Assembly (NCBI RefSeq): GCF_009914755.1
Contig: NC_060935.1
From: the human T2T-CHM13v2.0 reference genome, Homo sapiens
Reading direction: 5' to 3' (one strand)
DNA length: 64,000 bases
Positions 24,745 through 39,669 of the stretch are shown here, piece by piece. Both the position numbers and the translations under genes were made by a program. The notes beneath the pieces were generated by a model. The model was given only the letters and a program-made list of their open reading frames with translations. It ran no database searches and was not told the DNA's origin. Numbering within the stretch: position 1 is the stretch's first letter; each line of letters begins with the position of its first letter.

Positions 24745-26190
24745 ATTCATTCATCCTCTCAACAGATATCTATTGTCAGGCACTGTGTGAGGCACCAAGC
24801 ATCTGGTGGAGGGAAAAACAGACATTACTGCTGCCCTCATGGGGCTTAGAGGCACATGGAGACACAGAGAAGAATCATCAAATCATAGACATAAATGTAT
24901 AAATAGACATATAATTCAAATGGAAACAAGTTAGTATGAGCAAACATAATGGAGACATCTTATCTCATTTGGGGTTAGGAAGCATTTTCCTAAAAAAGCC
25001 ATGTTTAAGCCTAACTCTGAAGGAGTTCACTGGGTATGAGGTCAGGGAGGAGACTTGACTCTAGAATAAAAAATAAGAAGGAAACTTTTAGTTATGATAT
25101 TAACTCCATATAAATCAGCCTCAATTGAAAAAGAATATACAGACTGACATAAATGAGAAGTCTAAGATCTGGCACTGCCTTCCAGCACTGGCTCAGACAA
25201 ATGTCACCAATCATCTGTCTTTTTTCTGCATCTCCCGACCCACTTCTCCTTTGTATTAGCTTCATTCTCAGACAGGCTTTCTCCACTCCACTATAAAATA
25301 CACTGAACATAGAACATACCTAAAAGCTGTTATCTCAGAAGATGAGAGGTTCTCTTTCTCCTAGAATTCATATTGACAGACAAAGTAGGACTCTCATTGA
25401 CCCGTACTTGGGGTATAACATCCAACTCTGAACCAACCACTGGAGTACCTTGATGTGGCAGGTTGGGCCCTATGCTCCTCTTGTGAGCGGAAGATGAAGC
25501 CAAGTGACAGAAAACCCAACAGACTGAGGAGAGGCATTTTGGAAAGAAAGAGTGGGCGATGAACAGAGAGGGAACTCACAGATGTCTAATACAGGTCAAT
25601 TGATGTAATATTGGGCATAAGAGCAATGGGAAACAATGTAAGGCTTTTAAACAAGGAGGTGAAATAATCATTATATCTGCACTTTGATACAAATCACCTG
25701 AACTGCAATGTGGACAGTAAATTGGAGGCTGCATAGCAGATGTGGGCAGACCAGTTAGGCTCCTTCAGGCTGAAGATAACAATATGAACTAGGGTGGTAA
25801 GAACATAGATGTAAATAAAAGGATCAATTAAAACTAGTTCAAATCAGTAGTAAAATCAACCATAAAGAAAAACAGGGTAAAATTATCAGTGGTTGAATAT
25901 AGATTGGACATCTGAGAGGAAAACAGAACCAGTCATTATGGGGAAGACCTTGAACATGATCTTACACATGTTGAGGTTGGGGTGCCTTCGAGATAGTAAA
26001 ATAAAGCTGATGAATAGGTCATTGGATCTGTATGTCCAGAGTTCCTAGAAGTTATACGGACTGGAGATGCAATTTTGGGAGTCAGTTGCTGGTCAAAGCC
26101 ATGAGTATAGATGAGATTGACTAGGAAAATAGCACAGAGTGATAAGAGCCTATGACTGAACTTAGAGGACATGCAATTCAATAAACAAAT
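24745..26190 (-). mobile_element. LINE2 split by an MLT1 LTR
   Basis: ttcattcattc tail, caggcactgtg...ctgccctcatggggctta; resumes near 25593 with gcaatgggaa...aggcttttaaac...gcagaccagttagg. Confidence 0.75.
25090..25592 (-). mobile_element. MLT1K/L-like LTR
   Basis: ttagcttcattctcagacaggctttctcc...ctctgaaccaaccactg...gatgtctaataca. Confidence 0.6.
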
Positions 26191-26756
26191 GTTTACATGG
26201 TTTTGGCCAAAGTCAGACATCCTATTCATCTATGCAGAGCCCATTTTTCTCTTCGTAGTTGCACATCTTCCTTCTGTTCTATACACTCACCCAACAGCAT
26301 GCTTCCTAATTTGACCCTTTTAATGGGAATGATTTCACAGATTATTTTAAATTGCTACATGAAAAACAAATTACAAAGATTGAATATCCAAGTATAGAGG
26401 TTATTGTTGTAATTAAACAAAACCCACAACAGAGTTAATCAGGTGCATATTGTAATGCTATGCATAATTTTTATTATACTGCATACAAATTAGCCTCAAA
26501 TGGTAGGCAGTTCATGAAAATGACTGCAATCAGTATGGCTGTTACGCAGCTAAACCAAATCAAATTTTTAATTTTTCTCTTTTTACTGGATTAGTTCTCC
26601 AGTATGTCATCATTGTTAATGTCGACTTGTTTTCCTGTGCATTATTTTATCATACACATACATGTGCACACATGTGCATGCACACTCACGAACCGTGAAA
26701 ATTTTTCATCAATGGCTAGAATTACCTTGTTCCTGGCACTCTTATTAAATGTATAA

Positions 26757-27120
26757 CAATTAGATTAAGCTAGGTTAAGGCAAGATAACAAATGACCCCC
26801 AGAATCACAGTGACTCATAACAACAGAAGTTGAGTTCTTATGTTACGATATGAATAATCTCTCTCTCTCTACCCTCCCTATTGTCTTTGGGACTCAGGAT
26901 AATGAAATAGTTTCTATTCTGGATAATTTATGGTCATTGTAGCAGATAGAATGAAGGGAGAACACAGATTAACAATGTTCACTCTTAGAGCTTCTTCCCA
27001 GAAGTGACACCAACCACTTCCATTCATTTCATCAGCCAATGCAAAGTTACACAACTAGGCAGTAGTCAGGAAAGACAATGCTTCCCCAGGGCAAGCAGAA
27101 AATATTTTGAAAAATACAAT
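26757..27120 (-). mobile_element. MLT1I/J-like LTR
   Basis: gctaggttaagg...taacaaatgacccc...cagtgactcataacaacagaag...cccagaagtgacac. Confidence 0.65.
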
Positions 27121-28088
27121 TTCTTATCCTGCCTCACTTCTGTAACTCCTCCTTGGAACCCCAGATTTGAGGGGGTTTTGCCCTTTCACTTACTGTCATC
27201 TTGCCAGTTCTCCCCAGTATCCTCATACGAGCTGCGTTCTAAAACAACAACACTCCACCCCACAATTCTCTGCTGAGTGTCTTGGCTACAAGGTGGTTTG
27301 TGACAGCAAAACTCCACAGCACTGAGGCTCTGGGTTGGCTGTCCAGCAATCACCATGATGTGGGAGTTGAGGAGGTGGTGGTGGCAAACCAGAGGGAATG
27401 TGCAGCAGTGAAGACAAAGATACGGGAGAGAATACACTGAGAAAGAGGTATGCTAGTGCACAGCCTACAAAAACTTATTTTTAGAACATCCCTAGATACT
27501 CTAGGATGAATATAGGGATAAGCATAATATTTCCCACATTGTATATATATTCTATCAAGTATCAGAGCTAGTATTCAAATCAACAGGCTAGTATTCAAAT
27601 TAGCCTATACTGCCTAACCCTGTCACTACCCTCTACTCACATCCTCAGCCTCCCCACTCCTTGCTATGCCTGTTGGATTCCATGCCCCACCTGACAAACT
27701 TATTTGCACTGCACTCCTTTTCCCTAAGCCGGCCCTCTCCAGGGGGGAACATCCATTTCTTCAGGTTTTGCCCTCCCAGTTTGCTCTGCTGTTCTATAAA
27801 TAACCATCCCATGGATGAAGCAGCCTTTGCAAAGAAAAATGTGTTAAGTATGAGAAGGTCATGGTTCTCATCTCTTCCAATACCAGCGAATGAATTTCTA
27901 TCAAGGGTGATAGTGCTATAGATCAACGTTTGCTTTTTTTGGGAGAAAGTCCAGAAAAGCAGTGAGGTCTTGGAACCCAAGCACGGAAGAGAACACTCAC
28001 AAAGAAAAAGAGAATCAGAAAGAGAGGCTAAGTAAGCAATTGTCTTTCTAAGATGACCATTTTCCTTCCATTCTCCCAATAAAGACCA

Positions 28089-28189
<101 letters not shown>

Positions 28190-29120
28190 GGGGTGGGGTG
28201 TGGGGTTTTATGTAGGGGAATGGGGTACATGTGAGCGTGTATGGGAACAGTGTATCAGGTAATAGGTAAGGCTGCAAGGCAGGAGCTTTGAATCTTATTG
28301 AGGAGATTAGCAGGACTTTGAACACTAGATTGACTACAGAGCTTCAGATATTCTATTCCTTCCCAGTTTCTCTCAGGGTCATCTGGTCGAGTTTTAGATG
28401 GGCCATAACCCCAAACTCCCTTACTAGTTTTTGCTCATGCCAGTGCCATATAGCTTTCTTAGAGTTTTCACCTGACCTTTTAGGTTATTTTTTTCCCAGG
28501 GCTCTCTGTTCTCTATAATCCTAGTATGTTTCTTGGGTATAGGATAATAACGGTATTTTAAAAAATAATAATTTCAACTTTATTTTAGATTCAGTGAGTA
28601 TACGTACTGGTTTGTTACACAGGTATATTTTGTGTTGCTGAGGTTTGGGGTACTATAGATGATCCTATCACTCAGGTAGTGAGCATAGTACCCAATAGGT
28701 AGTTTTTCAGCCCATTCCCCCTACCCCTGCTAGTAGTTCCCAGTGTCTATTGTTTCCATCTTTATGTTCATTTGTACTAAATGTTTAGTTCCCACTTATA
28801 AGCGAGAAGAGGCAGTATTTGGTTTTCTGTCTCTGCCTTAATTTGCTTAGGATAATAGCCTCCAGTTGCATCCATGTTGCTGCAAAGGACATGATCTTGT
28901 TCTTTTTTTATGGCTGCACAGTATTCCATGAGTATCTATGACATTTTCTTTATCCAATCCACTGTTGACAGGCATCTAGGTTAATTCCATGCCTTTTCTA
29001 TTGTGAATAGAACTGTGATGAACAAGAGTACATGTGTCTTCTTTGTAGAATGATTTTCCTTTGGGCATATACCTAGTAATGGGATTACTGGGTCAAATGG
29101 TAGTTATCTTTTAAAAGTTC

Positions 29121-30305
29121 ATCCCTTACTTACACCTTACACAAAAATTAATTCAAGATGGATTAAAGAATTAAACATAAGACCAAAAACCATAAAAACC
29201 CTAGAAGAAAACCTAGGCAATACCATTCAGGACAGACATGGGCAAAGACTTCATGACTAAAACACCAAAAGCAATGGAAACAAAAGCCAAAATAGACAAA
29301 TGGGATCTAACTCAACTAAAGAGCTTCTGCACAGCAAAAGAATTTATCATCAGAGTGAACAGGCAATCTACAGAATGGGAGACCATTTTTGAAATCTATC
29401 CATCTGACAAACGGCTAATATCCACAATCTAAAAAGAACTTAAACAAATTTACAAGAAGAAAACAACCCCACCAAAAAGTGGGCAAAGGATATGAACAGA
29501 CACTTCTCTAAAGACATTTATGCAGCCAACAGACACAAGAAAAAAATGCTCATCATCACTGGTCATGAGAGAAATGCAAATCAAAATCAAAATGAGATAC
29601 CATCTCATACCAGTTAGAATGGCGATCATTAAAAAGTCAGGAAACAACAGGTGCTGGAGAGGATGTGGAGAAATAGGAACACTTTTACACTGTTGGTGGG
29701 AGTGTAAAGTAGTTCAACCATTATGGAAGACAGTGTGGTGATTCCTCAAGGATCTAGAACTAGAAATACCATTTGACCCAGCAATCCCATTACTGGGTAT
29801 ATACCGAAAGAATTATAAATCATTCTACTATAAAGACACAAGCACACATATGTCTATTGCAGCACTGTTCACCATAGCAAAGGCTTGGAACCAACCCAAA
29901 TGCCCATCAGTGATAGACCGGATAAAGAAAATGTAACACATATACACCATGGAATACTATGCAGACATAAAAAAGGATGAGTTCATGTCCTTTGCAGGGA
30001 CATGGATGAAGCTGGAAACCATCATTCTCAGCAACCTTACACAAGAACAGAAAACCAAGCACCGCATGTTCTCACTCATAAGTGACAGTTGAACAATGAG
30101 AACACATGGACACAGGAAGGGGAACATCACACACTGGGGCCTGTTGGAGAGTTGGGTCTAGGGGAGGGAGAGCATTAGGAGAAATACCTAATGTAGATGA
30201 CGGGTTGATGGGTGCAGCAAACCACCGTGGCACATGTATACCTATGTAAAAAACTTCCACATTCTATACATGTACCCCAGAACTTAAAGTATAATAATTT
30301 TTTTA
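29121..30305 (+). mobile_element. L1PA7-like 5'-truncated insertion
   Basis: ORF2 C-terminus (ORFs 29238 and 29520: [29 protein letters not shown]) plus 3' UTR; TSD AAAAGTTC at 29113-29120 and 30306-30313. Confidence 0.95.
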
Positions 30306-30717
30306 AAAAGTTCTTTGAGGAATCTCCAAACTGCTTTTCACAGTGACTGAACTAATTTACATTTCCATCAACAACATATAAGCATTTCCTTTCTCTGCAG
30401 CCTTGCCAGCATCTGTTATTTTTTGACTTTTTAATAATAGCCATTCTGACTGGTTTGAGATGGTATTTCATTGTGATTTTAATTGGCATTTCTCTGATGA
30501 TTAATGATGTGGAACATTTTTTCATTTGTTTGTTGCCCACGTGTATGTCTTCTTTTGAGAAACTTCTGTTTATGTCTTTTGTTCTTTTTTAAATGGGGTT
30601 ATTTGTTTTTGCTTGCTGATTTATTTAAGTTCCTTCTAGATTCTGAATATTAAACCTTTGTTGGATGCATATTTTGCAAATATTTTCTCCCATTCTGTAA
30701 GTCGTTTACTCTCTTGA

Positions 30718-31174
<457 letters not shown>

Positions 31175-31405
31175 GCTCTTCTAGGATTTTTATAGTTTGA
31201 GGTTCAAATTAATCCATCTTGAGTTAATTTTTGTATATGGTAAAAGGGTTCAGTTTCATTCTTGTGCACATGGCTAGCCAGCTATCCTAGTACCATTTAT
31301 TGAATAGAGAGTTCTTTCCCCATTGCTTATTTTTGTCAACTTTGTTAAAGATCAGATAATTGTAGATGTGTGACTTTATTTCTGGGTCCTCTATTCTGTT
31401 CCATT

Positions 31406-31649
31406 CATCCAGTGATAGACTGGATAAAGAAAATGTGGCATATATACATCATGGAATATTATGCAGCCATAAAAAAGGATGAGTTCATGTCCTTTGCAGG
31501 GATGTGGATGAAGTTGGAAACCATCATTCTCAGCAAACTTACACAAGAACAGAAAACCAAGCGCCACATGTTCTCACTCATAAGTTGGAGTTGAACAATG
31601 AGAACATATGGACACAGGAAAGGGAACGTCACACACCGGGGCCTGTTGG
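31406..31649 (+). mobile_element. Tail-less L1PA7-like internal fragment
   Basis: Ungapped 220/240 match to 29908-30147; no A-tail or TSD. Confidence 0.9.
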
Positions 31650-33749
31650 TGCCTATGTGTCTATATTTATACTAGTACCATTCTGTTTTAGGTACTGGAG
31701 CCTTATAGTATAGTTTGAAGTTGAGTAATGTGATGCCTGCATCTTTATTTTGTTTTTCTTTCTTTTTTTTAACTATGGATTGATTTTGCCATTTGGGCTC
31801 TTTTTTGGTTCCATATAAATTTTAGAATACTTTTTTCTAATTAGGTAAAAAAACAACATTGGTAGTTTGATAGGAATAGTGTTGAATCTGTAAATTTCCT
31901 TGTGCAATATGGCCATTTTAATGATGTTGGTTCTCAAAATAATAAGAGCCATCTATGACAAACCCATACCCAACATCATACTGAAGAGGCAAAAGCTGAA
32001 ACCATTCCCTTTGAGAACCAGAACAAAGCAAGGACTCTCACCACTCCTATTCAACATAGTGTTGGAAGTCCTAGCTACAACATCAGGCAAGAGAAATAAA
32101 TAAAAGGCAACCAAATAGGAAAAAAAAATTAAATTATCTCTCTTTACTGACAACATGATTCTATACCTACAAAACTCTAAAGACTCCACAAAAATGCTCC
32201 TAGAACTGACAAATGACTTCAGTAAAACTTCGGGATTCAAAATCAATGTACAAAAATCAGTAGCATTTCTACACACCCGTAACATTCTATCTGAGTGTCA
32301 AGTTAAGAACACAATCCTATTTACAATAGCCACACACACAAAATGAAATATCTAGGAATGCAACCAGCCAAGAAGGTGAAAGATCTCTACAAGGATAAGT
32401 ACAAAACACTGCTGAATAGAAATCAGACATGATACAAATAAATGAAAAAACACTTCATACTCATGGACAGGATAATTATTGCAATTCTTTTGATAGCCCA
32501 ATTTGTGGCTTCTGTATGATGCTGACAATTCTGGCACTTTGTCTGGTATTTCTATCTGAGGCTGTTAGACCCCTGACCTATTAACTTTTTCAAGTGCATA
32601 GTTAGAAAACGTGAACTTTCTTGTTTTTGTATCCCTGGTACAGCATAATTTTAAAGATCAATTTTAGATATTTTTTGAATAGTTCTCCTCTAGAGATTAG
32701 TTTATAAAATACAATTCAGTAAAAAAAAAAAAAAAAGTACAGTTCAGCCACCATCAAATTAGAAAACCTTGGAGTGTCAAATACTCCCATCCATTAAAGC
32801 AATTTCCATCAATATCAAGTCCTGCTTGTCTGATGTTGTCCAATTAAGAACAATGTGAAACAGGAAGTGTCTAGAGATGCTGATTCTCATTTTCTTTTTC
32901 CTTCCTTTTTTTTATTCCCATTTTCATTAGTAACAAAGGTCAGTGCTCATTTCATCTAATTCCCCTTCTATGGATCTGAAACCTGATGTTACCATGCAAT
33001 TGAGCAATCGAGTTATACAAACGTAGTTCCTTGGCCATAAAAATTTAAAATGATCGATGGTGGATTTCCCATTAATTTTTAAAGTGCTTTGATTGCTCTA
33101 CATTATTATAATATTTATGTCAAGTCATTTTTTGAAACTGACATTATCTCTCTAATTTTGCAGTGATTCCTTAATTTGTTGATCAGCTGATCTGTTGATT
33201 CACTAGGTAGAAAATTACTAGGTAGAGCAGAGGTATTTTTTAATAAATACCGATAAATTTTTATTTCATATTGCTATTCAAAAGGTCAATTCTGTTTCTT
33301 TTCTGAATCTGACCAGATAAAGGTCTATATTCAGAGGTGTTAGCAAAGTCCCCTGAACATCCAGAGGAGTGAAATGAGAAAGGTACCTTAAAAAGCATAC
33401 AGGTGCCATACTAAGAAAAAAAGTTCACCCAAAACAACCAGACTACAAAACTGTACAGTCTAATATCATAAAAAAAAATTGAGGACAAAACAGCAGGAAT
33501 CTGGTCAGACTGTGGATAACTGTTTCTTATTGAAATGTACCTGGGTTCAGAAAAATCCTAAGGAACATTATCCAGATATTAGCAATAGATAATATGGGGG
33601 TGACAATAGCCAAGACACTGAGTTTTTTACTGGAAGTGTTCTCAGGAGCCTGGGTCCAATCTCCTCATTTCCCAAATGTGGAAGCTGAGGCCAGTGAGAT
33701 AAAGGTTATGCAGGTAGCTAACTCCAGATCCAGGTGAAAGCACGGTGGA

Positions 33750-33950
33750 AGATAAAGGGCCAGTTCCAGTATCAAAGTTCAAATCCTGGTTTACTGCTTA
33801 TTGGTTGTATAATATTTGGTAAATTCCTTGACCTCCTAGAACATGCTCTCTTTTGGATTAAAACAAACATGGATTAAAACAAACATGTAAAGGATCTGGC
33901 ACATAGGAGGTACTAAAACTAAAATAAACTTAATAAATATTTATTTTTTT
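33750..33950 (+). mobile_element. MIR with an internal 16-bp tandem duplication (tggattaaaacaaaca x2, 33854-33885)
   Basis: gttcaaatcctggtttactgctta...ctggcacatagg. Confidence 0.6.
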
Positions 33951-33970
33951 CATTTTCCCTTCTGTGCTAG

Positions 33971-34345
<375 letters not shown>

Positions 34346-34984
34346 TCAACTTTCTATCTCTATCCTGTTTGTTTGTTTAAAGAGGCTGGATTGAGCATAG
34401 ACATGATAAGAACCTCCACATTAGGTTAATTGTTCAAGCAATTATTTTCCCAGAAATTGTCCTATTAAATTTCAAACCTGCCAGGAGAAAAATATGGTTA
34501 TTACTTCCTATAAAGGGAAGATGTGAACAGACATCTCTTCTCCTAGTCCCTCTAATACACTTGAGATAAAGCGTGGTTGATAAATTAAAGGGTCAGCACA
34601 CAGAGGGGCTAGACGTTGCAAGCATTTGGGGAATCTCTGAGTGGGATGCTTTAAGTTCCTGATGGCTGTATGTTGCTGGGTTGGAATGGATGAGCTGAGT
34701 GTGATATTGTCAACTTTCATGAGAGAAGACAGGACTAGAGAATCTGGAGAAGTATACATCTTGAAAGAACACACTTCAAGGAGGGTCGAGGAGCCTGGCT
34801 CTGAGATTAGAGAGAGGAAACAATGGGTTCTTAGGGGAGAGCCCAAAGAGATAGCAAAGGGATTGCAAAAACAGCAGTGTGGATTTAAAGTCCCAAGAGT
34901 AGCATGAAGTCCAACAGGAAAGAAACTTTTTCCTTGAATAATCAAAAGGGAGTTGAAGAAAGTAGCTCAGGATAGAACTAGAAG

Positions 34985-35087
34985 GTAGTAGTTCCTTAAA
35001 TTCAGGGACCAGTTGTTATTCATCATTGTATTTTCAACCCTGGCACAAAAGAGCTATTCAATAAGTGTTTACCGAATTAACAAATGG
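34985..35087 (+). mobile_element. LINE2 3' tail
   Basis: cagggacc...ttcatcattgtat...cctggcac...tcaataagtgttt. Confidence 0.6.
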
Positions 35088-35869
35088 AAAAAGAGCTCTG
35101 AAGCCCAGGGCCTGGGGACGGTGTATGTATGTATGTAGGGAGAGGAAGTGAGCAATGTTTAGAAATCTAGAAAGATCCTATTACCTGGACCAAACCAAGC
35201 AAATGTGTTTGCCAAAAATATGCTCTTATCCTACAGGAAATACAGCTGGACAACTGACCCATGTATGTTCTGGGCTTCAGGGAATAAGGTGCCCATTTCC
35301 ACTCTGATCAGCCAGATTTATCCCCAGCCCTTGACAAGCCTAGAAACTGTACCCTGTTCCTGACACCCCCATTATCCCCATGCCTCAGCATTTTATGGGA
35401 AATGGGAAGGGCTTCAAACCAGAGCTGATCCTTCTAGGATTCAGCAGGTTGTTTTATCTCGTCCTGTCTGACCCCAGTGTCTTCCCTTCCAGTACACCTT
35501 GAACACCTGTGAGACATAGAAGCCTTGGGAAAAGTAGCCATGGATACCAGCCTTTGGTTCAAGGGCTGTTCCGTATTCACCCCCCTTAATCAATATCCTG
35601 CTGGTCTATACCAACACTCCATTCATGGGTTTTCCTCTAGCTTCCATCCCCTTTTCCATCGAAGCTGCTAAATTTGACAGCCAGCTTTGCGACTGTCTAA
35701 CCAGCTCAGATACTGGCCTCATCTGGACCGTTGAAATGTCCTCCTTGGTTTTAGTGCTAAAATGTTGCATTACCTCCCTCTCCTATTTCCTTCCCCACCA
35801 ACACGGACAATAACTTAACTAGCTCCTCTGAGCTCATGACAATGTAATAAGTAAACTAGGTATAGGACT

Positions 35870-36296
35870 CCAAGAAAAGCAGGTGCCCAGCTCAGAGTTT
35901 TACACTTGTATTCTGTGTCCCCAAATGTTCATATAGACCATCTTTTAAATCCGTATAGATTTCCATTCTTTACACAATTATATAGATTACCATCGCCTAA
36001 AGTTTCTACTCAAATGTCACCTCCTCACACAAAGGCCTTCCTTGGCAGCCTTTTAAAAAATTGCACACCCTTCCTTCACACCCTATTTTTTTGCTGATTC
36101 ATTTTCTTTACATCACTTATCCTGAGTTTGAAATATGACATATGTGTGTGTTTCCCTGTTTCTTGTTTATCATAAGACTAGAAAGTAAGTTCTTTGAGAA
36201 CAGCTACTTTGTCCATTTATCATATACCTGGTGCCTGGAACAATATATCACAAAATAAGTATCAATTAACTATTTGTTCAGTAAATGAATGAACAA
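35870..36296 (+). mobile_element. L2a 3' end
   Basis: ctcaaatgtcacctcctca...aggccttcc...gactagaaagtaagttctttgag...gtgcctggaaca...aaatgaatgaa. Confidence 0.85.
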
Positions 36297-37644
36297 ACCT
36301 CAAGCCCATATAGAAGTGATTCATGATTATGCAATCGGAGCCATCAGATAGTGAGGTCGCAGACTTGATTTGATGATGTCCTGAGGAGACTGAGTGGCCG
36401 CACCACTTGAGGACAGATAATAAACTCAATCATAAATAAGGATACAGTAGGCTACTTTTAAGTATTCTTATAAATATTAGAAAGTATTCTATAGCCTGTT
36501 TCCTAACTTACCCTTCTTCAATGGAGAAATCCTGGTGACAAAAGTAATTAAATCAGCCTTTTTCTTACTATCCTGGCATAAATCATTGTTATAGGCACGT
36601 AGAAACCTGGGTGCTTTCCAGGGTGCATTAGATATTATTCTGTCTCATCTGTTTGAATGAGTAATAATAAACATATACACTTGTATGAAATATCAAGATT
36701 TATAGTTTCTTGGAGTTGATATTGATTTCCATTTTACTTGAATCAAATGTTATTTCTTTGGTCAGTATATTTTGGGAGTTGTCTTACTGGTCACTGACAT
36801 CTGTTTTCATTGGGAGTCTAAACTAACAACTGTATGTATGTATCTGTATTCCTATGGCTCCTGGATGCTATAGGGGAATAGATCCCATCAGGTGGATGTC
36901 CCTACCCTGGAGAAAAACCCCGATCTGACATGCCACATGTGAAGGCTCATGCAGGCCTATATTCAGATGCATAAACCCTTCTTCTTTGTGGGCATTAACT
37001 TCTTTACATGAACCGTCTTCATCTGCCCCACAAAACCCCATATAATTCAGATAATCATTCTAATTGAAGAGCAGCAGCCAAATAACACATATAATAGAAA
37101 TTGTGTGTGTCATAGCTAAAGGCACAACATGAGCTAAGTTTTCCAACATGGGAAAACAACTCACAAATCTGTATATCAGGCCTCTTAATGTACATCTTTT
37201 GTGAAAAAGAAATCTGTGATTGAATTAAGATATATATAAATTTAAAGCGGCAGCATTCAAATGAAGGCTAAATTCAGTTCTCTGTTTTAGCAATTCAGTC
37301 TCATTTATTCACTATAACTTCTGAGTTGAAACAACCAACTGATTATAGCCATCAGAAATAAATATGAAATTAACTGGACACTGCCCCATGAAAAACAGAA
37401 GAGGTTCTTCAATGCAGAATGATGTTCTTAGTTATTCCACATATTGGCAGCAGAACAATCTCATCCAGGATTCTGGAAGATACAGATGACAAGGGAAAAA
37501 TAACAACAACCTTCCAGAAGGGAACCTGACATTTTCTGGCAAAAATACAGAATAGGTTCTGTATTTCAAAGGATTTTGAAAGAAGCTCTCCTGTTCTTCT
37601 TTGGTCCATGCCTCTCAGGCCTTGGTAGAGAAATTGTTTTTTCA

Positions 37645-37770
37645 AAATAACATCTTATTTAACCCCAATACTCCTGAATATTATGTTAACATAGAGTCAA
37701 TAAAAATATTATAATGAGATGTTTTACATATTTTCCCTTTTCTCATACTGTGTTTTGAAAATCCAGTGTA
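37645..37770. mobile_element. MER33 fragment (hAT-Charlie)
   Basis: ttatttaacccc...taatgagatgttttacat...catact...gaaaatccagtgt. Confidence 0.7.
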
Positions 37771-37779
37771 TAAAAATTT

Positions 37780-37904
37780 CCAAGGAACAAACAACCCTAT
37801 TAAAAAGTGGCCAAAGGACATGAACAGACACTTCTCAAAAGAAGGCATACATGCAGCCAACAATCATATGAAAAAAAGCTCAACATCCCTGATCATTACA
37901 GAGA
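37780..37904 (+). mobile_element. Short internal L1 ORF2 fragment
   Basis: [36 protein letters not shown] in ORF 37766. Confidence 0.9.
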
Positions 37905-38479
37905 GAATTTTCCTTGTAAAGGCTCATTTGCTCTGGAGAAGAGACTTTACAATACTTCACTATGTGATCGGTTTAAGGAGGTCATTCCGGGAGGCCTGGA
38001 TTCATAAAAAAATTATCTGGAAGTACATATCTAAATTATACATTGGCAGAAATTAAATATTTGAGTACAGAAAAGTTAATAAATTATAAGTCTCCTGTAG
38101 TGTTGCACTTGCTGTTGGAACATACAGAGGCAGGAAGAGGCTTGATTTTATTGGTGGTGAGAGGGAGTTTAAAATGTGTAAAAGTGGCTGCCTCTCTCTG
38201 GGCCAACGTGGGGACTTTGTCTCTAAGGGCTAGAGGGTCACTTATCCCACACTCTATGCAAGAGGATGTTCTGTCCTGAAGGGGGGACCCTCCAAGAGAG
38301 GTCTGTTCTCCAAGGGTGGTCACTGAGAGGCACTTCCAATGCCAGGACCACTATCTCCCCATCTGAACACAGGAAACGTGGGATCTGGAGAGGCCTCTGC
38401 TGTTGGAACCTGAGTTCCCCATGCTCTATATACTGGGCTGCCACCACTGTGGAGGTAGAAACATGTGATGCTGTTTTGT

Positions 38480-38875
38480 GCTAAGACCCTCCACATCCCT
38501 CTTAAAGCGTTTGGGACTCATGAAGGGATGGTGTGAGTTTCCCCTCACCGTGTGAATCTGGAGTAGGTGCTCCTTCTAGATCTTCTTTTGCTGCCATTGT
38601 ACCCACCCCAACTCTGACTTCTGGAGACCTCTGAAAGATCCTCCTCCCTCAGGGTGAGGGGACTAATTTGGTGATATCAAAGCCTGACCCCCTTGCTTTA
38701 AGGTGGGAGAACACAACCCAGACCCATCAGGAATAAGGCCAGGGCTCAATTTGACCAATTCTACAGCTTTGCTGAGCTCTTACCCCTTCCAGATCCCATT
38801 TTCTCCCTCCCTTGGGTGCTTCCCAAAGAGCACTTTGTCCCAGAGCCTGGTTGCAGAGAATCTAATCTACAACAG
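38480..38875 (+). mobile_element. LTR16-like ERVL LTR remnant
   Basis: gcctgacccccttgctttaaggtggg...aagagcact...agagaatctaatctacaaca. Confidence 0.5.
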
Positions 38876-39669
38876 TGCCAGGACAGGCAAGTGCAGAATG
38901 ACAGAGTTTAACTGAGAGGTTAAATGTGCCAGCATCATTCTCTTTGGAAGAATCCCTGAAACAGACCTGGAGTAAAAAAAAAAACACCAACTTGACTGCA
39001 CAATTTCCCTAGTCAAATCTAGCCCCTGAGACTCGACCTCACCAGAACCCAAGTAAACAATGGCACTGGGATCTGCCCTCCCACCTCTGCCTCCAACTCT
39101 TCTCAAAGGAGTAAGTCACAGTCAGTCTGTTTAAAAAACCGAGAACCAGAATTTTAGATGTTCTTCTGTCCTCTTGCCACATCTAAGAAGCTCCAAATGG
39201 CATAGAAGTATAGAAATCAGTTAAAAAGATATGCTTTTTATCCTATAGGCAATTAAAGCAACAAAAGATGATAACATTCACAGTGATATTACATTTTCTT
39301 CTTTTAGAACACAGAATCAGTGTAAACTCTAAAATCTGCTGTGGGATAAAAGGGATGAACCTGAAATTCCTAATTATACTTGTGTGGGAGTGTGTAGGCT
39401 GGTCCCTACAGCTGTGTGCAGAAGCAGAGTGATACAGGGGTTGGAGGATGGGTTTGGTCAGGGCCCTCTGTGAAATGTCCCAACAGCCCTCAGTGCTGCT
39501 CCTTTCCAGCCCCACATACTCTTGCAAACATTGAATTAACTATTTGAAATGCTTTGTCTACTTCCTTTCCTGGCCATAAGTTCCATGACTATAAGATACA
39601 TGTTATCTGTTCATTAAAACCTATTTTAGCTCCTCACCCCAAATAGCATGACTCATCAACGGTAAACAG

